A stretch of DNA of 64,000 bases from Terriglobia bacterium (GTDB lineage Bacteria > Acidobacteriota > Terriglobia > Bryobacterales > Bryobacteraceae). The position numbers were made by a program, and so were the translations under genes. The DNA lies in NCBI GenBank assembly GCA_963738555.1, contig CAVTXN010000032.1, forward strand, positions 25,270 through 89,269. Direction: 5' to 3'. The notes under the pieces were generated by a model. The model had not been told where the DNA came from and did no database searches. It saw only the letters and a program-made list of their open reading frames with translations. This document shows, piece by piece, positions 36,501 to 45,557 of this stretch. Each line of letters begins with the position of its first letter. Position 1 is the stretch's first letter.

Positions 36501-39425
36501 TTAGTTAGCGGCGACTACCGCGGCCTCGTCGAACGCCCACTCGCGCCAGCCGTCGAGCAAAGGGAAGTAGAGTCCTAGCCAAATAGGACCTTTTTCAAGC
36601 CGGGCAACCAGAGCAGCGTAGCTTTCGAGCTGAGTACGGTAGCGGCGTTGCTCTTCTTCGAGGAATACCTGAATATGACCGCCTTCGTGCTCGCTGGTTT
36701 TGAAATCGATGATCCAAAGGCGCCCGTCTTCGTCGCGAAATATGCGATCTATGGTCCCGCTGATGATCTGGTCGCCTATTCTGCCCGCAACGGGCCATTC
36801 AGCACGCGCTTCGGCATGGCGTGCCAGTATCCATCTGCCACGCGTGCTCCCTAGCGCATTCTGAACCGCACGTGTCACGCGCTCTGAGGCTGAGACAAGA
36901 CCCGATTGCGGGACGCCCAGCCGCAGCAACTCGGAATTTATAGTGGAGCTCATGCCGGGTATCTGGCTTGGCGTCCACGTTTGACCCGAGGCGCGTTTCA
37001 GGATGTCGTGCGCCACAACACCGACATGCCGGCCGACGTCGCTTACCCATTCGTAACTCACTTTGCGAGCGGAGGCCGTAATTTCTCGGAACGGAGGCTC
37101 CCACTGAACGGACCGTGAATAGCGCGGCGCTTGCCAGTCGGCGGGCAGCCGCCGGAGGATTGTTCTGGCAGCGGGTTTTCCCTCTGGGAATAAGCTGCGC
37201 TGCGCGGGCGACCGGCGAAGAACACTTGCGAAATCTGTCGCAACGGCGTTCCAAATCAGGCCGAGAAAGCTGTTGTGTCCGGGAGTTTGCAAGTCCGAGC
37301 CCCCTTTCTTAGTTCTGGCGTTTCCGAATAGGTACAGTTCGTCCTTGGCGCGCGTGCAGCCCACATAGAACAAACGCTTCAGCTCGTGCGCTTCCTTACT
37401 GCGTTGCGCCTGACGAATTGCTTCATACCTTTCGGTCTTCTCTCCCTTGCGAGGCTGCGCGGCTACATGCAACGTGCCCACTCCATCCGAATTCACCTCT
37501 TCATGCCACAGGAGCAAATCGCGTTCTAATGAGCGCGCTCCACCGGCCAATTGTGGAATGATGACGGTGTCAAATTCGAGCCCCTTCGCCTGGTGCACCG
37601 TCATCACCTGGATGTGATGCTCACCTTGGGAGGGTTTAGCAAAAAGATTGTCGAGACGCTCACTTAGCAAAGTCAGGTCGCGAATTGTCCCACCTTCTTC
37701 CAAATCCTCGACAAGACTCAGGTAGGCGCGGATATCGTCTGCCTGTTGCGGAAATTGCAAGATCGCCGGACCGCCCAAGAGCAGCCAGACGTCTTCGAGC
37801 AGATTCCTTAACCGAACCCGGCCCACCTTCGACAGCGCCGCTAACAGGATCTCTCCGAGACGCGCTGCTCTCCAACGGCCGTCGATCGAGAGCGCCGCGA
37901 TCTTCGCGGGATCCTTCAGTAAATCGACCACCGATCGTTCGCGTTCATTCTCAGCGAGCAAAGAGAGATCGGCCAGCGTGAGTCCACACCAGGGGGCGCG
38001 CAGACACGCCAGCCACGCGACACGGTCGCCGGGATGCAGGAGAGCACGCGTGAGAGAAATAAAGTCTTCGACATGCTGCTGCTCCGCGAGCTTATCAATT
38101 TCTACCGCTTCGTAGGGCAACCCAGCATTGCGTAGAGCGGGAAGAATGCTGTTCAGGTGTGCCCGGCTGCGAACCAAAACGGCAACTGTGCCGCGCTTGC
38201 TGGCGTCCCTCGCAATACGCACCACGGCATTCGCCTCGGACTCGCCGGCGCTATCCTCAACGAAGGCTGTCACACGCGGGGAACATCCGCCACCGCGCCG
38301 CGCCGCTTCGGAAGAGCGAAATTGAACAGCGCCCTCCGAGTCGCTAGCCATGATTGGTTCAAATTGCGTCTCGATCCACTGCAAAATCTCCGGCGTACAC
38401 CGGAAATTCGTACGTAATGAGACAGGGTGCAGCTTAACGGATTTCAAAGCCTCGGCGGCCCAACTCTGCAGAAAAAGCGATACTTCGGCGCCGCGAAAAC
38501 CGTAAATGCTCTGCATCGGATCACCGACAAGGAATAGAGTATGGCCGTCCCCCTCTGACCACTGCGCCGTCAGAGCGTTGAGTAGCTCGTACTGGGCGAA
38601 AGAGGTGTCCTGAAACTCGTCGACGAGCAGGTGTTGAATCCTATAATCGAGCCCGTAGAGTAAATCGCTCGGCTGCTCAGGCGAACCGAGGACATCGATC
38701 GCGGCGCGGGTTATGGCGGTGAAGTCGACTGTGCCGTGCTCACGAAAAACATCGATCAGGGCGTGCTCTGCCCGAATAAGTAATCCGCAAAAGTCGCGCA
38801 CTTGCGCTTCGCTATCGTCTTCCGTGAGACGCCATTGATCCCGCTGTGCCAGCATGCGAACAATCTGATCCTGCAGCGAAACGAAATCGCTATCGAAATA
38901 AACTCCCAGCCGGACAAGCAGGGATTTGTCGGGTTCGGAACCCTCAGCCAGATCGCGCAGCGTATTGCGGGCGGCGAGTCGATACAAGTCGGTTGCATCT
39001 TCCACAACCCGGGTGACACCGCCGAAACCGGAAACCACTGGCATCTGACGAGTGAGCATCATGCAAAGCGAGTCAATCGTCTGGATCTGCAATCGTCCGA
39101 TATCCAGGAGCAGATTCCATTCATGGCGGCGATCCTGCTTCAGAACAGCGGCCGCCAATTCGCGAGTCCGTGCTTCATGTCCCGGTTCGACAGTCGATCC
39201 TTTTTCGGCCTCGAGCAACGCGTCGTGAATGCGCTGCTTCATTTCTGCCGCTGCTTTCCGAGTAAACGTCATGGCGACGACGCTCTCGGGTCTCTCCACT
39301 GTTCCGAGGAGCTTGAGGTAGCGTTGCACGAGCAGCGCTGTCTTCCCTGACCCGGCAGGCGCCTGCACGATAAATGAGCGGGACGGATCAAGTGCCAGCT
39401 CGCGTTGTGCCTGATCGACGATCAT
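36501..39425 (-). CDS. addA: UvrD/Rep-family helicase with C-terminal PD-(D/E)XK nuclease (AddA-like)
   Basis: Walker A APAGSGKT, motif II LLVDEFQDT, VHQAKGLEF, and a C-terminal nuclease motif GTIDRIF...WIIDFKT. Confidence 0.8.
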   Translation of the reverse strand: MIVDQAQRELALDPSRSFIVQAPAGSGKTALLVQRYLKLLGTVERPESVVAMTFTRKAAAEMKQRIHDALLEAEKGSTVEPGHEARTRELAAAVLKQDRRHEWNLLLDIGRLQIQTIDSLCMMLTRQMPVVSGFGGVTRVVEDATDLYRLAARNTLRDLAEGSEPDKSLLVRLGVYFDSDFVSLQDQIVRMLAQRDQWRLTEDDSEAQVRDFCGLLIRAEHALIDVFREHGTVDFTAITRAAIDVLGSPEQPSDLLYGLDYRIQHLLVDEFQDTSFAQYELLNALTAQWSEGDGHTLFLVGDPMQSIYGFRGAEVSLFLQSWAAEALKSVKLHPVSLRTNFRCTPEILQWIETQFEPIMASDSEGAVQFRSSEAARRGGGCSPRVTAFVEDSAGESEANAVVRIARDASKRGTVAVLVRSRAHLNSILPALRNAGLPYEAVEIDKLAEQQHVEDFISLTRALLHPGDRVAWLACLRAPWCGLTLADLSLLAENERERSVVDLLKDPAKIAALSIDGRWRAARLGEILLAALSKVGRVRLRNLLEDVWLLLGGPAILQFPQQADDIRAYLSLVEDLEEGGTIRDLTLLSERLDNLFAKPSQGEHHIQVMTVHQAKGLEFDTVIIPQLAGGARSLERDLLLWHEEVNSDGVGTLHVAAQPRKGEKTERYEAIRQAQRSKEAHELKRLFYVGCTRAKDELYLFGNARTKKGGSDLQTPGHNSFLGLIWNAVATDFASVLRRSPAQRSLFPEGKPAARTILRRLPADWQAPRYSRSVQWEPPFREITASARKVSYEWVSDVGRHVGVVAHDILKRASGQTWTPSQIPGMSSTINSELLRLGVPQSGLVSASERVTRAVQNALGSTRGRWILARHAEARAEWPVAGRIGDQIISGTIDRIFRDEDGRLWIIDFKTSEHEGGHIQVFLEEEQRRYRTQLESYAALVARLEKGPIWLGLYFPLLDGWREWAFDEAAVVAAN

Positions 39426-42034
39426 CCTTCGGCGTCTTCTCCCGTCCGGGCTTCATAAATGCGGCAGAAAGGCTTTTGCGCACAGTAATCGCAAGCCCCT
39501 TTGAGAGGGTCTACGGCCGCGTATCCGTTCCTGAATTGCTCTGCCAATCGATAGACATTTTGTTTCCCTTCGAGAAGAAAAGCATCCCAATCTTTCCTCA
39601 CCTGGTTTCCGCTTCCAGCAACGTGTCTGGTTCTCGAAAAACCTTTGAGTCTTGCTTCGCGGGCCTTCAGCTGGCCGAAAAAGATTCCTGCCACATCTTC
39701 TTCCAGGGATGATGCATAAACAAAAAGCTGTGGCTCTTCCGGGCGATCCCCTTCCAGTTTTCGTACGGTTTGTTCACCACTCTTGTAGTCGATCAGGAGC
39801 AACTCTCCTCTGCACAATCGATCGATCCTGTCTATTCGGAGGCGAAGCCGCAGACCAGCAAGCTCGAAATATTTTTCTTGCTCAACGGTTTCGACGGTAA
39901 AGTTTTGCTGCCGGTCACGCTCAACGGCAAGCCAGTCGAGGATGACGGCTTTCAGCCGTTCGATTTCGGCCGCAGTGACGATTTCCGCAAAGGGACTTGA
40001 TCTGGGGTGAGTAACGGCTTCCATAGCAGCAGACTCCACCAATTGCTCAAGTTCCTCTCGAGGTGTAGCGCGGAGGCGGTCGCGCGTGCGCAAATTTTGC
40101 CAGACAAACTCCAGCGCTTGGTGCAGATTGCCACCGCGCTCTCGACTGTCGAGACCCAGGCATCCTTCTTCAAGAGAAGTAGCTTGCAATCGAAACTCGG
40201 CAAATGCCCGGAACGGACACAGCGATTGAGCCTTAATGATACTGGTTCCACCTCTGGTATTGGCGGAGGGCTGATAACAAGGAGCAATGCTGTCGTCACT
40301 CTCTTCGAGCAGCACGGGCTTATAGGATTGCCACGCAGTTTTTCCTGTCCACATTTCGAGTTCTGTGGAACTCGAAACGAACTTATTGATGAGAGGCGAG
40401 GGGCGACCGCAGAACGTGGCAACCAAATCAGGGGCAGCAGCGAAAATTGAAGCGGTCAGACGCTCCCGTTCGAGCCGAAGGCTTTCGGGCGAGCTGCCCG
40501 GTAACTTATGCTCACGCTGAAGTTTCAGCGGAACCAGTGGAGAAGCGAAAGAGACCGGCGGCCACAACTCTTCAGAGAGGCCTGCCAGCAGAGCGGCATC
40601 GAATTCAATACCGCCAGCCTGCGATGAATCCAGAATCTGAATGGGCGCCTGAAGGCTGCCTCGTTCAGAGTCCGCCCGCAACAATACACGCAACTCGGCA
40701 ATAGCGGTCCCGAAGCTCACCGCATCCGATACCAGGGAAAGAGCACTGAGCTGAGAGAGAGCATCTTTCCAAGCCTCGACGGCGTTCTGTTCCGTGCTGT
40801 CGAGTTCCAGATCACCGGGCCAACCGACCGACTGCAGCAGATCTCCGATAAATTCGGCCCAGGCAGCGAATGTGGCGAGAGGCTTCTCGCGTTCTAAGAT
40901 CCGATAAAGTTTCTTCCATATGCGCGCTAGCTGCGGACAACGTCGCGAGGCGAACTCCATATCGGTGAGCGAAACATCGAGTTCGCGACGTTTGCGAAGT
41001 TCGAGATCGGCGAGAGCACGCAGCGGCCGTTCGATGGTTTCGCCCGCGATCCAGGGCGAGCGCAGGATAGCGCCGCCGTCGGCGATTGGAATGCGTGACT
41101 GTGCTAGCTGCAGAAGCAGCAAAGCGCCTGAAACAACCGGCTCAGCAGCGAACGGAATGGATGCATGGAGCCGAAAGATGCGCGATTCCGCTCGCGCACC
41201 CGGAACCCGTTCGTCGAGTAAGGCCCGGCAAGAACCGGGGTAGAAGACTTGCTGAAAGGCGCGCTCGACCAGGGCGCGATGAGCAACGAGATCGGGAACC
41301 AAGATACCGATCGACTTGGAAGAATTATGCTCGAACTCATGTCTGGCCCATCTGGCGGCGAAATCCAATTCATCAGAAAAATTGTCGAATGATTTAGCGG
41401 GTACGGCTGTGGTTCGTTTCGCAGCCGTTAAACGGGTGACCGAAGCACGCTCGCCAAGCCCGGCCAATAGCCGTTGAAGCGCGGGGTATGCAGGCGCCAA
41501 AAGCAGGAACGCGATCTCGCCAGAAGCGGTGCAAGCTTCACGCGAGATCCATTTCGGAAATTGCTGCCAGAGCCCGGCGCGAGTAGTCCAGCCGTTACGG
41601 CGACAAATCCAGTCGAAGGCCTTGAACCAGCGCGCAAATTGCGGCGCGTCACTGCCATCATTCCAATGCACGCCATCCGAAGGTATCTCCCATTCAGCCA
41701 GAATTCTCGCAGCGCGAGCCGCCGCGCGTGCCGTTGCATCCAGATCGAAGAGCTCGACTCCGTCGTTGCGAATGGTCTGCTTCCAGAGGAGGTGTTCCTG
41801 GCTGGGCGAAAGAAGGACAGGGGTGTTTTGACAGCGGTAGCGCGCTTCCTGCCAACAATCTCTGAGCCATGCACCCATGCTCATGATCGAAGGTCGTTCC
41901 CAGCTTTCGTGTCCCTGGCTGAGTTGCTGAAGAGTAAACTGCTGATAGGCTACGGCAGCGAGCAGCCGGGACGGCGTGACGATGGTTACCTTCTTCTCGA
42001 TCCAAGAAGAAAGGCCCGAACAGGCGAGACGCAT
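39422..42034 (-). CDS. addB: PD-(D/E)XK nuclease family protein (AddB-like partner with Fe-S cysteines)
   Basis: 4-nt overlap with the addA-like gene. C-terminal motifs RIDRIDRL...LLIDYKSG and CDYCAQKPFC. No intact Walker A seen. Confidence 0.7.
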   Translation of the reverse strand: MRLACSGLSSWIEKKVTIVTPSRLLAAVAYQQFTLQQLSQGHESWERPSIMSMGAWLRDCWQEARYRCQNTPVLLSPSQEHLLWKQTIRNDGVELFDLDATARAAARAARILAEWEIPSDGVHWNDGSDAPQFARWFKAFDWICRRNGWTTRAGLWQQFPKWISREACTASGEIAFLLLAPAYPALQRLLAGLGERASVTRLTAAKRTTAVPAKSFDNFSDELDFAARWARHEFEHNSSKSIGILVPDLVAHRALVERAFQQVFYPGSCRALLDERVPGARAESRIFRLHASIPFAAEPVVSGALLLLQLAQSRIPIADGGAILRSPWIAGETIERPLRALADLELRKRRELDVSLTDMEFASRRCPQLARIWKKLYRILEREKPLATFAAWAEFIGDLLQSVGWPGDLELDSTEQNAVEAWKDALSQLSALSLVSDAVSFGTAIAELRVLLRADSERGSLQAPIQILDSSQAGGIEFDAALLAGLSEELWPPVSFASPLVPLKLQREHKLPGSSPESLRLERERLTASIFAAAPDLVATFCGRPSPLINKFVSSSTELEMWTGKTAWQSYKPVLLEESDDSIAPCYQPSANTRGGTSIIKAQSLCPFRAFAEFRLQATSLEEGCLGLDSRERGGNLHQALEFVWQNLRTRDRLRATPREELEQLVESAAMEAVTHPRSSPFAEIVTAAEIERLKAVILDWLAVERDRQQNFTVETVEQEKYFELAGLRLRLRIDRIDRLCRGELLLIDYKSGEQTVRKLEGDRPEEPQLFVYASSLEEDVAGIFFGQLKAREARLKGFSRTRHVAGSGNQVRKDWDAFLLEGKQNVYRLAEQFRNGYAAVDPLKGACDYCAQKPFCRIYEARTGEDAEG

Positions 42035-42094
42035 GAAGAGGCTATGTAGTCATTATCGCGGACGAGATCATGCAGCCTCGTCCAGAGAGTAAGG

Positions 42095-43663
42095 ATGATG
42101 GTCAACAAATCTCAAAGCACAGAAGAGGGAGTATCCCGGCGCGATTTAATTAGAGGCGCCATGACGACGGCAGCCTTTACGATCGTGCCACGTCATGTTC
42201 TGGGAGGTGCGGGATACATACCGCCGAGCGACAAGGTGACGATCGCCTCGATTGGACTTGGGCGACAAGGACAGGCTATCTCCATGGAGCTGATGGCACG
42301 TCCCGATGTCCAGATCATTGCGGTGTGTGATTGCAACGAAGGCAGCAAAGATTATGTCGAATACGGCGACAACGATCTGCTGAAAGCGGCGCGCCAGTTA
42401 CTGGGCCCTTCGTACGAGAAGTGGGGCGAAGACCTTTCCTCTCCCGGCGAAGTACAACTCACGCACGAGTTTCGAACAAGTCTCGGGATGGGTGGGCGCG
42501 AGCCGGCCCGGCGGCTCGTCGAAGCGTACTACGGTTCTCGAAAAGGTAACGCTTCCGGCAGTTATCAAGGATGCAAAGCCTATAAGGATTATCGGGAACT
42601 GCTCGCGAAGGAAGAGGGGCTGGACGCGGTATACATCGCGACGCCTGACCACTGGCACGCGCCTATCTCCATTGCGGCGATGCGGAAAAGAAAACACGTA
42701 CTGTGCCAGAAGCCTATGACGCACAGTATCGGCGATGCACGACGTGTAGCGGCGGTCGCGAAAGAAATGGGCGTAGCGACTTCGGTCACGGTGAACAATC
42801 CTTCCTCCGAAAGTACGCGCCTGATTTCCGATTGGATTGCCGACGGCGCGATCGGCAAAGTTCGGGAAGTTCACAACTGGTCAAGCCGCCCATTCTGGCC
42901 GCAAGGCATCGAGCGTCCGAAGGCAGTGGACCCGATTCCGGCTGGCCTGGATTGGGACCTCTGGTTGGGTCCCGCGCCAGAACGGCCGTTCAATAAAGCG
43001 TATCTTCCGTTCGTGTGGCGAGGCTGGTATGACTTCGGCGATGGCTCGTTTGGAGATATGGGGTGCTACAGTTTTGCCGGTGTGTTCAAGATCCTCGAGC
43101 TAACACCACCAACCTCGGTTGAATCCAGCACGAGCGAGTCCTATGCCGAGACCTTCCCTAAAGCATCGATTGTGTATCTGAACTATCCCGCGACGGAGAA
43201 AAGACCGGCCTTGCGGATGTCCTGGTATGACGGAGGGCTTCGCCCCCCTCGCCCCAGTGGATTGCGCGAGAAAGATCAAAGGTTATTCGAAGGCGGTGAA
43301 GATGGCGAAGGGATCATGTATGTGGGTGATAAAGGAATCCTGCTCGCCGGGTTCAATGGCAATCATCCGCAGGTGTATCCGGAATCATCGAAATACCAGG
43401 CCCCTCCTGAACCGAAGCGGGAACACCACGGGCGCGACATCGCGATCGATCAATGGATCGCAGCCTGTAAAGGAGGGCCCAAACCCACTGCTAATTTCGA
43501 AAGCCAGAGTCCTGTAACAGAAGCGTTTCTCCTCGGCTGCATTGCGCAACGATTGCCGGGCGAACTGCTCGTCTGGGATACCGAAAAAGCACAAATCACT
43601 AGCTCGGAAAAAGCCAACGCGTGTGTCGACCCGCCGGCGCGCAGCGAGTATCGCGTAGTTTAG
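42095..43663 (+). CDS. Gfo/Idh/MocA-family oxidoreductase with Tat signal
   Basis: Tat signal SRRDLIRGAMTTAAFT. Motifs IASIGLGRQG and CQKPMTH. Confidence 0.85.
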   Translation: MMVNKSQSTEEGVSRRDLIRGAMTTAAFTIVPRHVLGGAGYIPPSDKVTIASIGLGRQGQAISMELMARPDVQIIAVCDCNEGSKDYVEYGDNDLLKAARQLLGPSYEKWGEDLSSPGEVQLTHEFRTSLGMGGREPARRLVEAYYGSRKGNASGSYQGCKAYKDYRELLAKEEGLDAVYIATPDHWHAPISIAAMRKRKHVLCQKPMTHSIGDARRVAAVAKEMGVATSVTVNNPSSESTRLISDWIADGAIGKVREVHNWSSRPFWPQGIERPKAVDPIPAGLDWDLWLGPAPERPFNKAYLPFVWRGWYDFGDGSFGDMGCYSFAGVFKILELTPPTSVESSTSESYAETFPKASIVYLNYPATEKRPALRMSWYDGGLRPPRPSGLREKDQRLFEGGEDGEGIMYVGDKGILLAGFNGNHPQVYPESSKYQAPPEPKREHHGRDIAIDQWIAACKGGPKPTANFESQSPVTEAFLLGCIAQRLPGELLVWDTEKAQITSSEKANACVDPPARSEYRVV

Positions 43664-43986
43664 TGGGAAGCAGAGGCCGCCGGAGATTCCTCGGCTATTG
43701 TTACGAGAAGCGAACTGTCTTCCAGAGCGCTCAGGCTATGTGGCGCGCCGGGAGGCAAGCTGATCAACAGACCGGGCTTGAGCTCAACCTGATCACCCGA
43801 CGAGAAGGTCACATTTCCGGCCAGACACTGAACGATGATCGACCCGCGCGTATGATGTTCCGGAACTCGCTCACCTGCCTTAAGGTGAAGGAGCAGACTT
43901 CGCAAACCTTCTTCGCGGATAAGAGTCGTTGTTCGAGGAAGAGCAGCAAGATCGTTCATAAACGAGCGCAGGTCCACTTGCTTCAT
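43660..43986 (-). CDS. Cupin-domain protein
   Basis: 108 aa with cupin motifs G.RVPEHHT.G and PPGAPHSL. Confidence 0.6.
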   Translation of the reverse strand: MKQVDLRSFMNDLAALPRTTTLIREEGLRSLLLHLKAGERVPEHHTRGSIIVQCLAGNVTFSSGDQVELKPGLLISLPPGAPHSLSALEDSSLLVTIAEESPAASASH

Positions 43987-44130
43987 GCGGTTTTCAGTAC
44001 CTGCTCATTGACCTGCGAGGCTAACGAGTCGTGATAGCTGGATATTGCATACAACAAGCGACTCCCGATCATCTCTGCCTTTTGTACAAACACCGCTGTC
44101 ATGTGGCTTAAACCAAGCGGCGGTATTCAA

Positions 44131-44922
44131 TCAGACCTGCAGACTCCGCAGATACGGAACGCTCGCCTGCATTAAAGGCAGCTGCATCTCGACGAAGTAA
44201 TTCTGAATGCCACCGGTTCTTGCAGCGCTGAAGATCTTTTTCCAATCCAGAGTGCCTTGTCCAACCGCGGTGATCTTTCTGGTCTTCGCCGACCAGCCTT
44301 GGACATGCATCGAGATGAAACGGCCCGGATATTTCGTGAAATACTCGGCGGCATCATAACCGCGGCTGATTGTGGAAACCTGAAATTGAAACTTGACCAG
44401 TTTCGGATCGAGCAAATCGAATAAGATATCGTAGGTCCGTTTGCCATCCACGGTGGTGAGTTCGAAATCTTCGTTGTGAAGACCTTGCTGAATGCCCGCC
44501 TTAGCTGACTCCGCTGCCATTTTGTTATATTCGTCGGCCGCGCGCTTCACATCGTCCATAGTCGGGTGCTTGGGGCCATCAAGGCTCGGCACCATCATCT
44601 GCGTAAGCCCGATATCCTTCGCCCATGCGATGCGGCCCGGAAGATCTTTTCTCAGTTCGTCGATACTAAAGTGAGAGCTCTGGCATTTGAGGTTCGCATC
44701 CTCCAGGATTTTTCGAAGTTCAGCGCCATTGTATTTTGCGAGGCCTCCGAAGCCACCATCGGCGTAGCCGACAGGTGAGCACAATTCAACAGCTTGAAAT
44801 CCGGCATCGGATAACGTCTTGAGAGTACCCGGAAAATCCCGGGCGATCATCGACCGAACCGGATATGTCTGACACCCGATGGGCAAGCCTAACGGATCCG
44901 CGATCGAGAATCCGCTCAGCAC
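44131..44922 (-). CDS. Sugar phosphate isomerase/epimerase (xylose-isomerase-like TIM barrel); its Tat signal lies upstream in another frame
   Basis: TIM-barrel family pattern (FQAVELCSP.., IGLTQMMVPS, HNEDFE). The GTG start at 44922 is the first start codon in frame. An upstream ORF fragment (44923-44995) encodes MLNSSRRRFFRDITGSTAALALLSGA. Confidence 0.75.
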   Translation of the reverse strand: MLSGFSIADPLGLPIGCQTYPVRSMIARDFPGTLKTLSDAGFQAVELCSPVGYADGGFGGLAKYNGAELRKILEDANLKCQSSHFSIDELRKDLPGRIAWAKDIGLTQMMVPSLDGPKHPTMDDVKRAADEYNKMAAESAKAGIQQGLHNEDFELTTVDGKRTYDILFDLLDPKLVKFQFQVSTISRGYDAAEYFTKYPGRFISMHVQGWSAKTRKITAVGQGTLDWKKIFSAARTGGIQNYFVEMQLPLMQASVPYLRSLQV

Positions 44923-45108
44923 CGGATAAAAGTGCCAGTGCAGCTGTACTCCCTGTAATGTCGCGAAAGAAGCGCCTTCTTGAACTGTTGAGCATCAGTG
45001 TCCTCGACCCATGGATCATCTTATCTTGCGCGGCAGTGTGCTCCGCCAGATATGCGGAGAGATGAGGAAATAGTTCGAGGAAACAGCTGGAGGAGATGCC
45101 TCCGCCCG

Positions 45109-45354
45109 TTACAGGGCGAGCAAAAGACCGTGAGAAGGTCCGCCAGCGGCGGCAATTTGGCTCCGCAATAGCTGGTAGGAGGCGCAACCATCTTCCTGTC
45201 CGCTCATGCAGGCGTCACAGTCAAATATGTGATCCATCAGTTTGTCACAGAGGCCGTCAGCAACACCGGGCACAGACGGCTCCGGAGCGTTCCCGACCGG
45301 CATGGTCTGGGATTGCAGATGAGAGGCAAGATTTTCCAATGCGAGCTGCATCAT
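45109..45354 (-). CDS. Hypothetical small Cys-containing protein
   Basis: 81-aa ORF after an AT-rich spacer. It contains H-x3-C-x2-C (DHIFDCDAC). The SD is weak. Confidence 0.3.
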   Translation of the reverse strand: MMQLALENLASHLQSQTMPVGNAPEPSVPGVADGLCDKLMDHIFDCDACMSGQEDGCASYQLLRSQIAAAGGPSHGLLLAL

Positions 45355-45557
45355 TTCGTTGCCCTTTATCTAGCAATCAGGATACCACTTTTTCTATCAC
45401 TCCTCGGAACTGCAAGCAAGTCTTAGATCGGCAAAGGCTTACGTGAGTACCCTTACGAACTTCTGGGCTTCCCTTAGCCGAAGAAAAAGTGAATCTTAAT
45501 ATCCAATTCGTTAAATCAGGTAATTCTTTACACGCCACTCACTGTGATCTGGCGTAA

